This document shows, piece after piece, positions 50,097-63,532 of a stretch of 64,000 bases of DNA. This DNA is from Dimorphilus gyrociliatus. Its lineage: Eukaryota > Animalia > Annelida. Made by a program: the position numbers and the translations under genes. The stretch covers positions 2,053,404 to 2,117,403 of the forward strand of contig CAJFCJ010000007.1 in the NCBI GenBank assembly GCA_904063045.1. The letters are read 5' to 3'. The notes below the pieces were generated by a model. It made no database searches. It had not been told where the DNA came from and was given only the letters and a program-made list of their open reading frames with translations. How positions within the stretch are numbered: position 1 is the first letter of the stretch; the number at the start of each line of letters is the position of its first letter.

Positions 50097-51077
50097 AGTC
50101 TTAGTTGTTCAGTGTTCAACTGAAAACATTAAATGCGCTATTGCTGACTTATAAGTACGTGATTTCTAAAGGTGACTCATAGTGTATTCCTTCGTATGAG
50201 CGAAATAATTTCTCCGTTCTGTGAAAACTGGTTAAAGTTAAAAAATTCTAAATTACATTAACATTCATTTACTCATTACTAAGAACAGATTAAATATTAA
50301 GAATGAATGGAAAACTTATATTTTAAGATTAAAAAATCTTCCAACATTTTAAGTGAAAAAGATTTTATTTATTCATATATTAAGGAACTTATTATAATAT
50401 GTATGAGTTGAATTTTTACATTGGATTCTTTGAACTTTGTAACAAAGGGTATTCTCTTGTTCAGTATAGAATACAAAGTCTAAAAGTACTATTGAATTCC
50501 TTTTAATTTAAAGCTGCTTATAATATCATAGTGTTATACTTAAAAGCTAGTTCTATTTATACCAGTAGATAGAGAGAAAATGAAAGAGGTATCCATTCTA
50601 CCTAAATATATACGGTTACTCGATGCAATCTTACAACGGAAGTCGTTGAAAGATTACTTTGAATGACAAAATGTCACAATTTCCATCAATATGCAATATT
50701 ATCTATCTGTTGCGGGAGGGATGGTGGATGGGGAGAAATGCAAATGTTAGTTAAAAATAGATTGCATATTTTTAAACAATATAATCTTAATGAATTCAAA
50801 GAATGTTATGATTATAAGCATTTATGCTAGTTATTAGTCAATTATGTATATATATATATATATATTAAATTACCAATTTGAAAAAGTATGAGTCATTATT
50901 TGTTTGAAGGATTGTATTGAATAAAATCAACATTTTTGTTAAAAATAAATGATTATCTAAACGTCCCACTTGAAAATATTATTAAAAATATAGAGGGATA
51001 CAGGATTAAGATAGTAAAAACAGTTATTGAAAGCCACATTGAAATTGAAAGAATTGTCTTCTTATTCGTTATCCAAC

Positions 51078-52249
51078 TCATTGAGGTTTTAGAGGTGTTA
51101 GTCTAACGATTTTCTTTGTAAAAACTCCCATTAACTCAACTTCTGCAATTTTATTAATTTTCACTATTTTACTACTTTTGGCAACTTCGGCAAAGGCTGT
51201 CCCTGAAAATTTCATTTCATTTGCAGAATCTAATTGTAGGTTTGCAGAGGAGTTGTTTTTAAAATGAACTAAACATTTTCCGGAAACCAGAACCTTCTTT
51301 TTCACTCGATTATCTTCGAAAGTAGTCGATTTCTCAATTTGTTCTTCGTTTACTTCAGTTATTGTTAAAATACCAATTTTTCTCTTTGAATTCTTCGCTC
51401 TAATTTGGAATAAATCGTCCGTATTTATGATATTAATCGAAAAGGCGAAACCTTCTTTTTGGCTATCGGACCAAAAAACGTTGTCATTCTTATTTAGGCT
51501 GCTAGGTTCAAAGGTCAGACGTTTTCCGTAACCTTGTCCAATACTTTTAAGGATAAGTGGTCTATTGAAAACCAACTTATTATTTCTCATTTGCCTTACT
51601 TGGTACCTGAATCCAACAGATATTCTTGGATCAATATATGTTCCTGTATTAATAAAAACAAAATATAATGTACATATTCTATTTCTGAATCACCTAAAAT
51701 AGTTTAAGGACGGATTACTAGTGTTACAACGTTAATAATTTCAGATCGCCGTGGTAACGTCTGACTTATCGGCTGCAGTGTCAATCGATTTCATATCCAA
51801 TAAAACATAGTTCATTCACTCTTCAATTATTTTTATCTGTTTAAACTTTAGTATGCAAAGTCTAAAACATAGACATTTTAATCAACTACATACGCTTTAG
51901 TTTGAATTGACTTTCTTAGTGATTTTTTTTGTTTTTCGTTTATCAGCAAAAACTGCAGTTCTGTAGAGTAAATACAAATTTAAAAATTCTTACCAATTAC
52001 TGCCATTTCGTATTGTTTCATTCCATAAATATCATACGTTATGTTTAAATTTCTATCAATAACAATTTGATTCTCTTCGGTTAAATTAATTGGTTTTTCT
52101 GAAACAGTTAAAAGTTGAGTTTGTTCAATTTTCCTGTTTTCTAATTCAGCCTCAATATCTTGTAAGAAATTTTCGGTTGCAATCTTCGATATAAGATCGT
52201 TGGAGATGACATTATTCTCAGCGATAAATCCTAATATTTCGTTTTCCAT
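51078..52249 (-). CDS. Uncharacterised protein (about 270 aa)
   Basis: Exon 52249 to about 51991 (ends ATT G|GTAAG) splices in phase to the acceptor at about 51646 (G|GA ACA TAT ATT GAT CCA), giving YDIYGMKQYEMAVIGTYIDPRISVGFRYQVR...SIGQGYGKRLTF...FWSDS. Upstream spliced exons (to about 52680) are probably 5' UTR or an N-terminal extension. Confidence 0.65.
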
Positions 52250-52520
52250 TAGTTTCGAAAGCTTTGGGATTCGCTATCAAAATAGTTTTTTTTGCAAAAT
52301 GTAGAAAATTTGGAAAAAAAAGTCCTTAAATTGTACTCACCTTGGAAGTACTGGCTTCTTCGGGTTTTGACTGGATATAACTGGATGATGCTTGCTCGCC
52401 CAGGAAAATTGTAAGCAAATGATATGCAAATATCTGGGTCTTGCTACATTCAACAAATGAGCATGCGTAGCCAAGATTCTAGAAGTCGAATAGCATAGTA
52501 TATATACTACAGTAAACGAT

Positions 52521-52897
52521 CACGTGTAGGAGTAGTATTGTCCACGTGGGTTTGTTGATAAATAGTGAGATGGATGCTGATTCGTCATACCGAAGAACAA
52601 TTATGCGCTGTTTAATATTCAAAAGATCATTTGAATCCACGTGACTAGGGAGTGGGAGTACAACTCGCCGATTCACATGCACACATCACCATGGTGTTTT
52701 TCCATAATTTTTGTTCATGCAGTAAACAACCTATGAAACCTAGTTTAAAGTGCAAGTTTGTTTTGATGAAACTCTCAAAAGTCACGCATCTAGGCTCATA
52801 TATAAAAAAGAATGTACTTTCTACCTAAATGAACTATGTATGGCACCCTCTATCTAACATACATCTGTCTGCTGCAAAAAAAAATAAGTCACGTGAC
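52521..52897. promoter_or_regulatory. Cluster of four CACGTG E-boxes in the divergent promoter of glutamate synthase
   Basis: CACGTG at 52521, 52543, 52638 and 52890; the last lies within GTCACGTGAC at 52888-52897. Confidence 0.5.
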
Positions 52898-53101
52898 GCA
52901 ACACTCGCAAAGCTCTCCACAGACAAACTGTCAAATCGTTCCAGTTCGTTACCGGCATAGGGTCTCCACCAAGCAGCAACTAGGAATTCAAAACGATCAT
53001 TGCTTTGCTCTTCGGATAATATTAGAGATCAATATTATCTGTAATAATAGAAATCAAGAAGGATATACAAGGTTGTTTCAAGTGTATTAGGGGCGAATAC
53101 C

Positions 53102-56100
53102 ATGAAGAGTATCGGTTTGTACAATTCTTCCTTTGAAAAGGACGCTTGCGGCGTTGGTTTCGTTGTGAATATTAAAGGAAAAGTATCCAACCAGGTTAGT
53201 TGATGTATTTTGAATATGATTTAAATAGTAAAACGAAATATTTTTCATTAGTACTTTATAGTTTTCTTCTCTTTAAAAGATGAACTAAGAGATCTTTTAT
53301 GAGAAACTTCCTGCCTTAAGCATGTTCAAACAGATTTTATAAGCAATTTTTGCTTGATTTCTTTTTTATAATGGCTAAAGAATGTATAAAAAGCAACGAA
53401 TAAGATGATAAGCCTATGATAGTGATATTATTTTTTTTATCGTCATCAGATTTTGAGAAATGCCCAAGTTATGTTGGAAAGAATGGATCACAGGGGTGCT
53501 TGTGGTTGCGATAATGATACGGGAGATGGTGCAGGCGTTCTAACTAGTATTCCTCACGAATACTATAAACAATGTTTAAGGTTATTAATTAATTGTTTAA
53601 AGAATATTGTAAAAGTTTTCTATTTGAACTAATATAAAAATTTTAATAAAGTAGTTTTGTTTTTTATAAAAAAAAAATAAAACATATATTAGTTCTTCCT
53701 CATATAATACTTAGAAAATGAGATAAGGTATAATCGACCTTTGCATTTTGATCTGTTTGGACTATTTCTAGAAAGAGAAAATGTTTTACAATCGAACGGA
53801 AAATTTTCTTTTAAGTAGGATAAGACTTTGAATAAAAAAAAACGCACCAAACTACTTGATATAGTTAATGGATTTTTACTATTAGCTTTTTTGGTCACGA
53901 AACACTGATCTTTCTTTTTCCATTAGGGCTGAAAATGTAGATCTTCCTGATTGCGATAAGTATGGAACAGGAATTCTCTTTTTAGAGAAAAAGAATCATT
54001 TGAATGTGGAAGAGACATTTGAGGAAATTGCCAAAGATTTACAATTAAAGGTATATATATCCATCTCTGGGCTCACTATATTCAAATTTATATTAAATTT
54101 TCGACGTATTTCATATATACTGTATAAATTGATAATATCAACGTTCTATATAGTCGGCTATTAATTTCTTATATCTTATTTAGAACTGTTAATAGACCGA
54201 TACATTAAAATCTATCTTGACAAATCGCAATTTCGTGTTGGACGCCGTTGACGTCAATATTAGTTTCCATAACAACGGTATTATTACCATCAAACTATAT
54301 CATCCTTTCAAAAGACTTGACAAGTTTATATAAAAAAAATTTTATCCCAAAGATTAATACTTATTGCCTTTGAACTGAAAGAAATTCCATTGGACATAAG
54401 GCGTCTCTTAATAGACTAAACATTTTTACTATATATTTATATAGATAAAGGGTTTATATATATATATATATATATACTGTATATATTGCAGTAGACTTTA
54501 CTCATTGTTTTTTATTATCTAATTTAGAAATCAATTTACAGTGCATTAGGCAACGGAATATAACTTGTGGATATTCCTACAGTATGGAATTATACTGTAG
54601 AATGACAAACATATTTATATTTAGATGATACTGAAAAGATAAACCTCGGAAGGAAATTTTAGAATAGTCTTCTTTAAGTTTATAGAGAATTTTTATTTAA
54701 TTGAATTACAAAAGAATCTATATATAAAAGCAAATATATAAAATATATATAATATACCGTTATATAAACTTATTTAAATAGCCGTTATCTTTATAATGCA
54801 TTCACTGGAAATGCATAGAATTGCATACGTTTTTATGAGCAATCAATAGCATTCATAAAGTAAAATACTTTGTACGAGAAATACATGCAATATGGAAAAT
54901 AGGTATGCAAAAAATTTGACTCCTACATTAATTATTTACATAAACCTTCTTTGTAAAAATCGCTATTGTTGCAATGTAATTTTCTATATTCTATTTATAG
55001 ACTTTATAAGCTTATATTAAAAAATTTGTAACAAATTGTATTCGTTCATCTTACAGGTTATTTATTGGAGGACTATTCCGACTAATAGTGAAGTTATAGG
55101 ATCTGTTGCGAAAGAAGTTGAACCTTTTATGCGCCAGGTCATTATTTCTCTTTTCAGTTTCCGCTCTTCTTTTTTTATTTAGATTTCTTTCCTTGACAAA
55201 CTTATTAGTCTATATAGATCAATATAGAGAGCGGGCTCTCTGCTGATTTCATTACTTTAATGCATTTTTTTTTCTATTGGACTCTTCTTCTTTTCTTTTA
55301 CAGGTTTTTGTAACTTCTGAAAATGATATTGATTATAAAGAATTCTCAAAGAAGGTTTAGTTTAATTACGTGAAATGATCTTTAATTTATTTAAAGAAGA
55401 AAGTAACGATTTCAGATTTTCCTTCTACGTAAACGAGCTACGCACAGAATTCCTGAAAAGGGCTACAGATTTTATATTTGTAGTTTGTCAACAAAGACTA
55501 TTATCTATAAAGTAGGTTATTAAAAATCCTTTCTAATTTGCTTTTGTTACAAACTAATTTGTTTCTGATTGCTATTTTAGGGTTTATTGACTACGAAACA
55601 ATTATGGGAGTATTTTGAGGATTTAAAGAGTAACGATTACAAAATAAAACTAGCTTTGGTTCATAGTCGATTTTCAACAAATACATTTCCTAGTTGGGAA
55701 AGGGCGCATCCCATGCGGTAAACTTTTAAAAGCTTCGTTATTATTTATTCTGAAAGGTCTATTACACAGATTTTTAGCCCATAATGGAGAAATTAATACA
55801 CTTAGAGGAAATGTTAACATGATGATTTCTCGAGAAGGAGTCGTATCGTCGAAATCCTTCACCGACTCAGAGTTATCATCGATTTTTCCTATAATCGAAC
55901 CAGAAATGTCAGATTCTGGAAGTCTTGATAATGCTCTTGAATTGCTTATGCATGCCGGTGAGAGACAACTTCCGGAGGCTGTCGTTACGATGGTTCCTGA
56001 AGCTTGGCAGAGAGATACAACTATGGCATTAAATAAAAGAAATTTTTACAAATGGTCTTCCTTCGCGATGGAACCATGGGATGGACCAGCTCTTTTGACT

Positions 56101-58331
56101 TTCACCGACGGCAGATATATAGGTGCCGTATTGGACAGAAACGGTCTCAGACCCAGTAGATTTTACATCACTAAGGACGGTAGAATGATAATGGCCTCTG
56201 AAGTGGGTATTGCCGATGTTGACACTGATAAAGTAGAATTAAAGGGGCGGCTAAAGCCTGGTCGAATGCTTTTAGTTGATACAGAAGAGGGAAAGGTTAT
56301 TGAAGATACTGATTTTAAAAATCACATTGCTGAGCTAAGACCTGTTGGAGAATGGCTGAAAAAAGAGGTACAATGAATATTTAATTTTATTTCAATTACA
56401 GTTGCCTTATTGATCTTTTTTCTTCTAATTATAGTCATTCACCTTGGAAGATCTCAAAAAGCACCATTCTGATATCCACCAATTTAATCAAAATGGTAAT
56501 CATAAAACTATCGATTGTCAGTTAGAAGAGGAGAGAAAATTCGCAATGTTTGGCTATAATACAGAAACCATAGAACTTCTTCTCAAGCCGATGTTTACCA
56601 CCAAAAAAGAAGCCCTAGGTTCAATGGGCAATGATGCTCCACTAGCTTGTCTATCAAATTACAATCCTAGAGTTTGTGATTATTTCAAGCAACTTTTCGC
56701 TCAAGTTACAAACCCTCCGATTGATCCTTTCAGAGAAGAAATTGTTATGAGTTTAGTAAGTGTTGATTTTCCATTCAACGACAATTTACTATATTTACGC
56801 AAGCATTCTTTACATAAACAAATATAAATAAATTATATTTTCTTCTTCAGATGTGTCCTATAGGGCCGGAAGGGAATTTACTTCAGCCTGGGCCGGAACA
56901 ATGCAGAAGGCTAATTTTAAAGCAGCCCATCTTATCCCTATCTGATATTGAAATATTGAAAAGAATCTCTTACCGTAATTTTACTTCTAAAGTTATTGAT
57001 ACTACATATCCTTTAGAACAACATATCCATGGACTGACCTCAAATATTGACAGAGTTTGTAAAGAGGCGGAAGAGGCTGTCCTAAATGGTAATCATTTCT
57101 TAGTCTTATCTGATAAGGCAGCTGGAAAAAGTCGAGTACCGATCTCACCTCACTTGGCTCTTGGTGCAGTCCATCATTATTTAATTAATAAGAAATTAAG
57201 AATGCGAATTGGTTTAATAGTCGAAACTGGTGAATCCCGCGAAGTTCACGATTTTTGCACTCTTGTCGGCTATGGAGCTGATGCAATCTGTCCGTATATG
57301 GTATTTAAAATGGCCAAAAGATTAAGAGTGAATGGAGAAATTAAAGAAAACGACGAAGAAGCGTTCAAAAATTATGTAGCTGCTATTGAAAGAGGTATGG
57401 CTAAGGTTATGGCCAAAATGGGAATTTCTACCCTTCAGAGTTATAAGGTAATAATCTAACTAAAGAATTAGTAGTACATTCTATAACGTCTTTTACCTTA
57501 TATTTTAAACGTAGTCTGCTCAAATATTTGAAGCTGTCGGTCTATCAAAGGAAGTTATTGATAAATGCTTTAAGAACACCGCCTCCCGACTTGAAGGAAC
57601 TGATTTTACTGTTTTAGCTCAAGAAGCATTGAATCGGCATAATTTTGCATTCGCCGAAAGAGATTGCGACAATAAAATAATTCCAAATCCCGGATTTTAT
57701 CATTGGAGAAAAGGAGGAGAGAAACATATGAACGATCCCATTAACATTGCCAACTTGCAGGTTTTTCATTTAAATAGAAATATCTTATTAGCTATTTAAT
57801 TATTAATTTTTCCAATAGGATGCAGCCAGGAGAAACAATAAAGAGGCGTACCAGAAGTTTACTGAATCTGTCTCTGAAGCATTAAGACATTGTACTCTAA
57901 GAGGTCAGTTGGAATTTAGAACAGTGGAGAAGAAAGTGAATATTGAAAACGTTGAATCCGCTGCAAACATTGTACGAAGATTTGCGACAGGAGCCATGTC
58001 ATTTGGTAGTATTTCATGGGAAACTCATACTACTTTGGCAAAAGCCATGAATAAGATTAAAGCTAAGAGTAATACGGGGGAAGGCGGGGAAAAATCTGAA
58101 AGATATTTAAATCAAGATTCGAATAATAACACTCGAAGCGCTATAAAACAAGTAGCCAGCGGGAGATTTGGCGTAACCAGTTCTTACCTAGCGCATGCTG
58201 ACGAACTACAAATAAAGATGGCGCAAGGTGCTAAGCCGGGAGAAGGCGGAGAATTGCCTGGATACAAGGTTACGGAGGATATAGCCTCTACAAGAAATTC
58301 AATTCCTGGTGTTGGATTAATTAGTCCTCCG

Positions 58332-58363
<32 letters not shown>

Positions 58364-61300
58364 AGCTCAGCTTATCTATGATTTAAAATCTGCAAATCCT
58401 AGAGCCAGAATGAGCGTCAAATTAGTTTCTGAAGTTGGGGTAGGAGTTGTTGCTGCTGGTGTTGCAAAATGCAAAGCGGAACATATTGTCATTTCGGGAC
58501 ATGACGGGGGCACTGGTGCCAGCTCTTGGACGGGTATTAAAAATGCTGGGGCGCCTTGGGAATTAGGTATATCAGAAACCCACCAAACCCTTATGCTGAA
58601 TGATTTAAGGAGTCGAGTTACATTGCAAGCTGATGGTCAGCTGAGGACCGGAAGAGATGTTGTAATTGCTGCATTATTAGGAGCTGATGAATTTGGTTTT
58701 TCAACAGCCCCTCTAATAGCATTAGGATGCACAATGATGAGAAAATGCCATTTAAATACATGCCCTGTTGGTATTTGTACCCAGGATCCTATTCTGAGGA
58801 AAAAGTTTGATGGAACTCCAGAACATGTCATCAATTTTTTGTTTATGGTTGCGGAAGAGGTTCGTCAAATAATGGCTAAGTTCGGTATGACGAAATTCCA
58901 AGAACTTATTGGGAGAACTGATTTATTGAAAGTTGCTACTGACTTAAAGGGAAAAGCTAAATTACTAAAATTTGATCCTCTCCTATTCAACGCTGGCAGC
59001 ATCAGACCGAATATAAATATAGTTGCTCAGTCAATGCCGCAGGATCACAAACTAGAAGAACGCTTGGATTATCAGGTTATGGACCGTGTTCAAGAAGTTA
59101 TAGATGGAAAATTAGATAAATTAGAGATGAAATTAAATATTTCAAACATCAATAGATGCTTCGGAGCAGCATTAAGCTATCGTATTTCACTGTAAGTTTT
59201 TGAAATGTTTTAGTAAATTGTTCCTAAATCCCTTTAATCTTTAAAAGGGCTAAAAGTGAAGAAGGACTACCCGATAAAAGTATAAATTTCCTCTTTAAAG
59301 GTTCAGCTGGTAAGTAAAATCATAAACATTCATAAACATTTCTTTCCATTTCTACTTTCTAATTAAATAATAATATTCATCTTCAAAGGACAAAGTTTTT
59401 GCGCATTTTTGGCAAAAGGAGTCTACGTTGAACTAGAAGGTGATGCTAATGATTACGTTGGAAAGGTAATCTCTTATAAAATATTGCGTAATGTGTATAG
59501 AGTACTATACTATTTGTCGTTTATTCGATAGTCTATAGTTACATACACTTGGTAATACGAATAATTTTACTTATAGGGCTTATCTGGCGGTGAAATTGTC
59601 ATTTATCCACCAAAAGATTCTTTACAGAACGAATTCTCGGAAAAGAATATCATTGTTGGTAACGTAGTACTCTATGGTGCTACTTCCGGGAAAGCTTTTT
59701 TCAGGGGTATGACAGCTGAGAGGTTCTGCGTTAGAAACTCCGGAGTTATTGCTGTTTGCGAGGTAAGTTTCTCATTTTTTTCACCTCTTTTATCATTCCA
59801 CGAATGAATAATGTATGTATAGGGTTGCGGCGACCACGGTTGCGAATATATGACTGGTGGTAGAGCGGTTGTGTTAGGTCTAATTGGGCGGAATTTTGCT
59901 GCCGGTATGTCGGGTGGTATTGCATATGTTTTGGATAAAGAAGGTTTATTTATGGAGCGATGTAATAAAGAATCTGTTTCGATTTTACCGGTTGAGGAGG
60001 AAGAAGATATCTTATGGCTACAAAATATTTTGAAGGAATTTGTAACCAAAACTGGATCTCGACTGGCCAAGTCTTTATTGGATGATTGGACAAATTCTTT
60101 AAGATTATTCCATAAGGTTTTTCCTCTCGAATATCAAAAAGCTTTATTGGCTCTTAAAGGAAAATCAACTGCTACTGAAAAGAAAGAAGAGAAGGTTTGT
60201 CGTGTTAAGGAAATATATTTCTTTTCTCATCTTCAATTTCTTGATAGAAAGAAACAAAAACTGAAAAAGTAACGGACGTGGAAGATTTAATTTCAAATGG
60301 ATGTAATGGTGCCACAAAAGAATCTTTAGATAAAACAAGGTTTGTAAGAAAGTAATGGATAAATGAAATCATTTTCTTTTTTTAGAGTTTGGCTATTGAT
60401 TCAATTTATTATATAAATACCTTTTATTGTCCAAAAATAGGGGATTCGTTAAGTATTCAAGGGCAAAGTATCAATATCGTAAAGTTGAAGAAAGAGAGAA
60501 GGATTGGAACGAAATCTACGACCATAAAGCGGTGGAAAATGGTATTAAAAAACAAGCTGCTAGATGTATGGATTGTGGAGTACCTTTTTGCCAATCCAAT
60601 AATGGATGCCCTCTGGGTAATGTTATTCCAAGATGGAACGATTTAGTATTTAACGTAAGCCTTTTTTTATCTCTCTTATGAAAATTAAAAATAGGACTAA
60701 AAGTTATCTGATTATATATTCTATTTAAAGGATAAATGGAGAGAAGCCATAGAAGCTTTGCATCAAACGAATAATTTTCCTGAATTTACTGGTAGGGCAT
60801 GTCCCGCTCCTTGCGAGGCTGCTTGTGTACTAGGAATCAATGAACCTGCCGTAACAATTAAGAATATAGAAAATACTATTATTGATTACGCATTTGAAAA
60901 GGGTTGGGTTGTCCCTGAAGAGCCCAAAATACGCACAGGCAAAAAGATAGCTATTATTGGAAGTGGTCCAGCCGGATTAGCAGCTGCAGCTCAACTAAAC
61001 AAAGCTGGCCACTATATAACTGTCTATGAAAGAAACGATGCTATCGGAGGTCTTTTACGATATGGAATTCCATCCATGAAATTGTCGAAGCAAGTCTTAA
61101 ATAGAAGAATTAAATTGCTGGAGCAAGAGGGGATTATTTTCAAAACAAATTCCAACGTTGGTGTCAATGTAAATGGTATTGATTTGCTACGACAAGTAGA
61201 TGCTCTATTATTGACTGTCGGAGCTACTTGGCCAAGGGATTTGCCCATAGCAGGCAGAAATAGCGAAGGAATATATTTTGCTATGTCTTTCTTGGAAAAA

Positions 61301-62072
61301 TGGCAAAAGAATAGGGCAAAGGGAGAGGGCATTGGATCCGACCTTCAAATGCACGCCAAGGGAAAAGATGTCATTATTATAGGAGGCGGAGATACAGGAT
61401 GTGATTGTATTGCTACATCTCTGAGGCAGGAAGCTCAGACGATTACGTGCTTCGAAATTCTCGATAAACCTCCTCATAAAAGATCAGCATCAAATCCTTG
61501 GCCTACATGGCCAAGAATATTCAGAGTGGATTATGGCCACGAGGAGGTTGCAAATAAATTTGGAAATGATCCAAGAGTATTTAATGTATTAAGTAAAGAG
61601 TTTCTTAGCGAGAATGGAAAAGTCAGCGGTATTAGGACGGTTCAAGTTAATTGGAAGCAAGCAGAAAATGGGCAATGGAAAATGAATGAAGTTGAGGGAA
61701 GCGAAAAGATTTATAAAGCTGATTTAGTTTTAATAGCAATGGGCTTTCTGGGCCCAGAAAATCTATTAGTTGACCAGTTAGGCGTAGAAAATGATGGCAG
61801 GTCGAATATTTCCTGTCAGAACTTTAAATCCTCTATGGATAAGATCTACGCAGCAGGAGGTTTGTAAATTAATTGAAATGGCACCTTGCTTTATAAATAA
61901 GTAATTAAATACTATCATTATTATTTTAGACTGTAGAAGAGGTCAGTCCTTGGTAGTTCATGCTATTAATGAAGGACGTCAAGCTGCTCGAAGGATTGAT
62001 ATGGATTTAATGGGAAAATCCTCCCTTGCCGGACCCGGAGGAGTAGTCTCAAATCGTCAAAACGTGTCATGA
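53102..62072 (+). CDS. GLT1: Glutamate synthase [NADH], single-chain eukaryotic GOGAT (alpha plus beta fused)
   Basis: DA-CGVGF Ntn Cys, [61 protein letters not shown] (3Fe-4S), [20 protein letters not shown] and [10 protein letters not shown]. About 20 GT-AG introns. Confidence 0.97.
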
Positions 62073-62627
62073 AGAACTTTAGATAGCAGAAAAGCTTAAA
62101 AGTCAAATGTCAATTGCTTATTGTAAACATTTCACCTTTTTTCCTCTTTTCTGTTTAATCGAAAACAAACTTTATTTTTAATTTTATCAATTAATTAGTT
62201 AATTAATTTAGATATACAAGAATGAATATTAATTAGATGATTTATGAATATACATATATTTTGGCAATTTAGAGTAAGATAATGTTTGACTGTTTGAAGT
62301 TTATGTAAAATTTCTTCCATTTCTCGGTAAAGCAAGGTAGATGCCGTTACGTTAATAAACTTACAGAGCCATCTATATTAAACGAAGGATGAGGTTAAAA
62401 AAGTGAGTGCATCTTTTCATCATCACCGATCGTTAGTGCAAACGAGCATAATTCTCTATTAGTTCCGTCTACCGAAAAAATATGCTCAATTGACGACTTA
62501 ACGAGGCGTCTAGGCGTTTCCCTAGTAGACCAAAAAAGAAATCTCCGGCATTTTATTCGTATATAAGCATTTTTTTGGACGGAAAATAGGCCTAGTCGTA
62601 GGAGAATAAACGGTCGCCGTTAGGCGA

Positions 62628-62635
62628 TGACGTCA
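62628..62635. promoter_or_regulatory. Full CRE palindrome TGACGTCA
   Basis: Lies in a CpG-richer patch about 210 bp upstream of the ATG at 62845. Confidence 0.4.
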
Positions 62636-62844
62636 AAGCGTCTCTTTGCTCATTCGCAGTCTGAAAATGCTCTAAGTCTAAATCTCGTTTATGTCATTAA
62701 ACGTGCAAAATAATCGGCGTTATATTCTTCAACAACTACTTTTTACTTCGACTCTTTCTACTATTTCTAATTCTTTTGTTACTTTTATTATTACTATTTT
62801 TGCTATTAGAATTATTTTGCGAAGATAAGCAGAATCGTGACAGG

Positions 62845-63133
62845 ATGACGGCGTCTGACATTCAGAATCGAATATTAGAGATCGGAGAACGAATTAGGAA
62901 TACTTATAATCACGCGTTTGCAAGATTAAAATTGGCCTTCAAAAGTGACCAGTTTAATAACGATTATTCTACTATAAAAGTCCTACCTGGATTTTTGCAT
63001 GGATTATACCCGTTTTTAAGCTTGGGATGTAATACTAATAGTCTCATTGCTATCAGTTCAGCAATGACGAATCCTTCCACATCACTGACCTTTGCTAGTT
63101 TGTTTGACGAAGAAACCGCCCAGAAGATTCATG
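62845..63133 (+). CDS. First coding exon of an unidentified gene continuing beyond the window
   Basis: ATG at 62845, 96 open codons, strong donor G|GTAAGA at 63134. IRNTYNHAFARLKL is weakly reminiscent of the PFTAIRE/CDK14 N-terminal motif; this is not a confident assignment. Confidence 0.45.
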
Positions 63134-63506
63134 GTAAGAACAGTTTTCATTCTTCGCAAGCAAGTCTTTTTTCCGTTTCAGTAGCTTTTCTTTTTTTGTT
63201 GTGCAAGTTTATCTTCTGTCTTACTAACTATTAGCAAACTTAATCACAAATCTTTTAAACAATTGATATACTTAAATCTCTTTTCATATTATTTTTGTTT
63301 CTTTTAACGGAAAGAGTTTATCATAAATGTCTGTCTAGTGAAAGCCAAAAATGAGCGTATTTTACTTAAGCGCCGAAGTTTGTCACGTTGAAAGCTATTA
63401 CTTCATTTAGTTGGCTTCAGAAATCCGAGAAATGAGTGGATGCTCCAGGCATGCACGACAGTGTTCCAGCTTTACTTTTTCGCCAAACTGGCGTGTTTTC
63501 TTTTCC

Positions 63507-63532
63507 CTCTCTCTCTCTCTCACCCTCTCTCT
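63507..63532. repeat. Interrupted (CT)n microsatellite (possible GAGA-factor-type element)
   Basis: CTCTCTCTCTCTCTCACCCTCTCTCT in the long first intron of the last gene. Confidence 0.8.
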
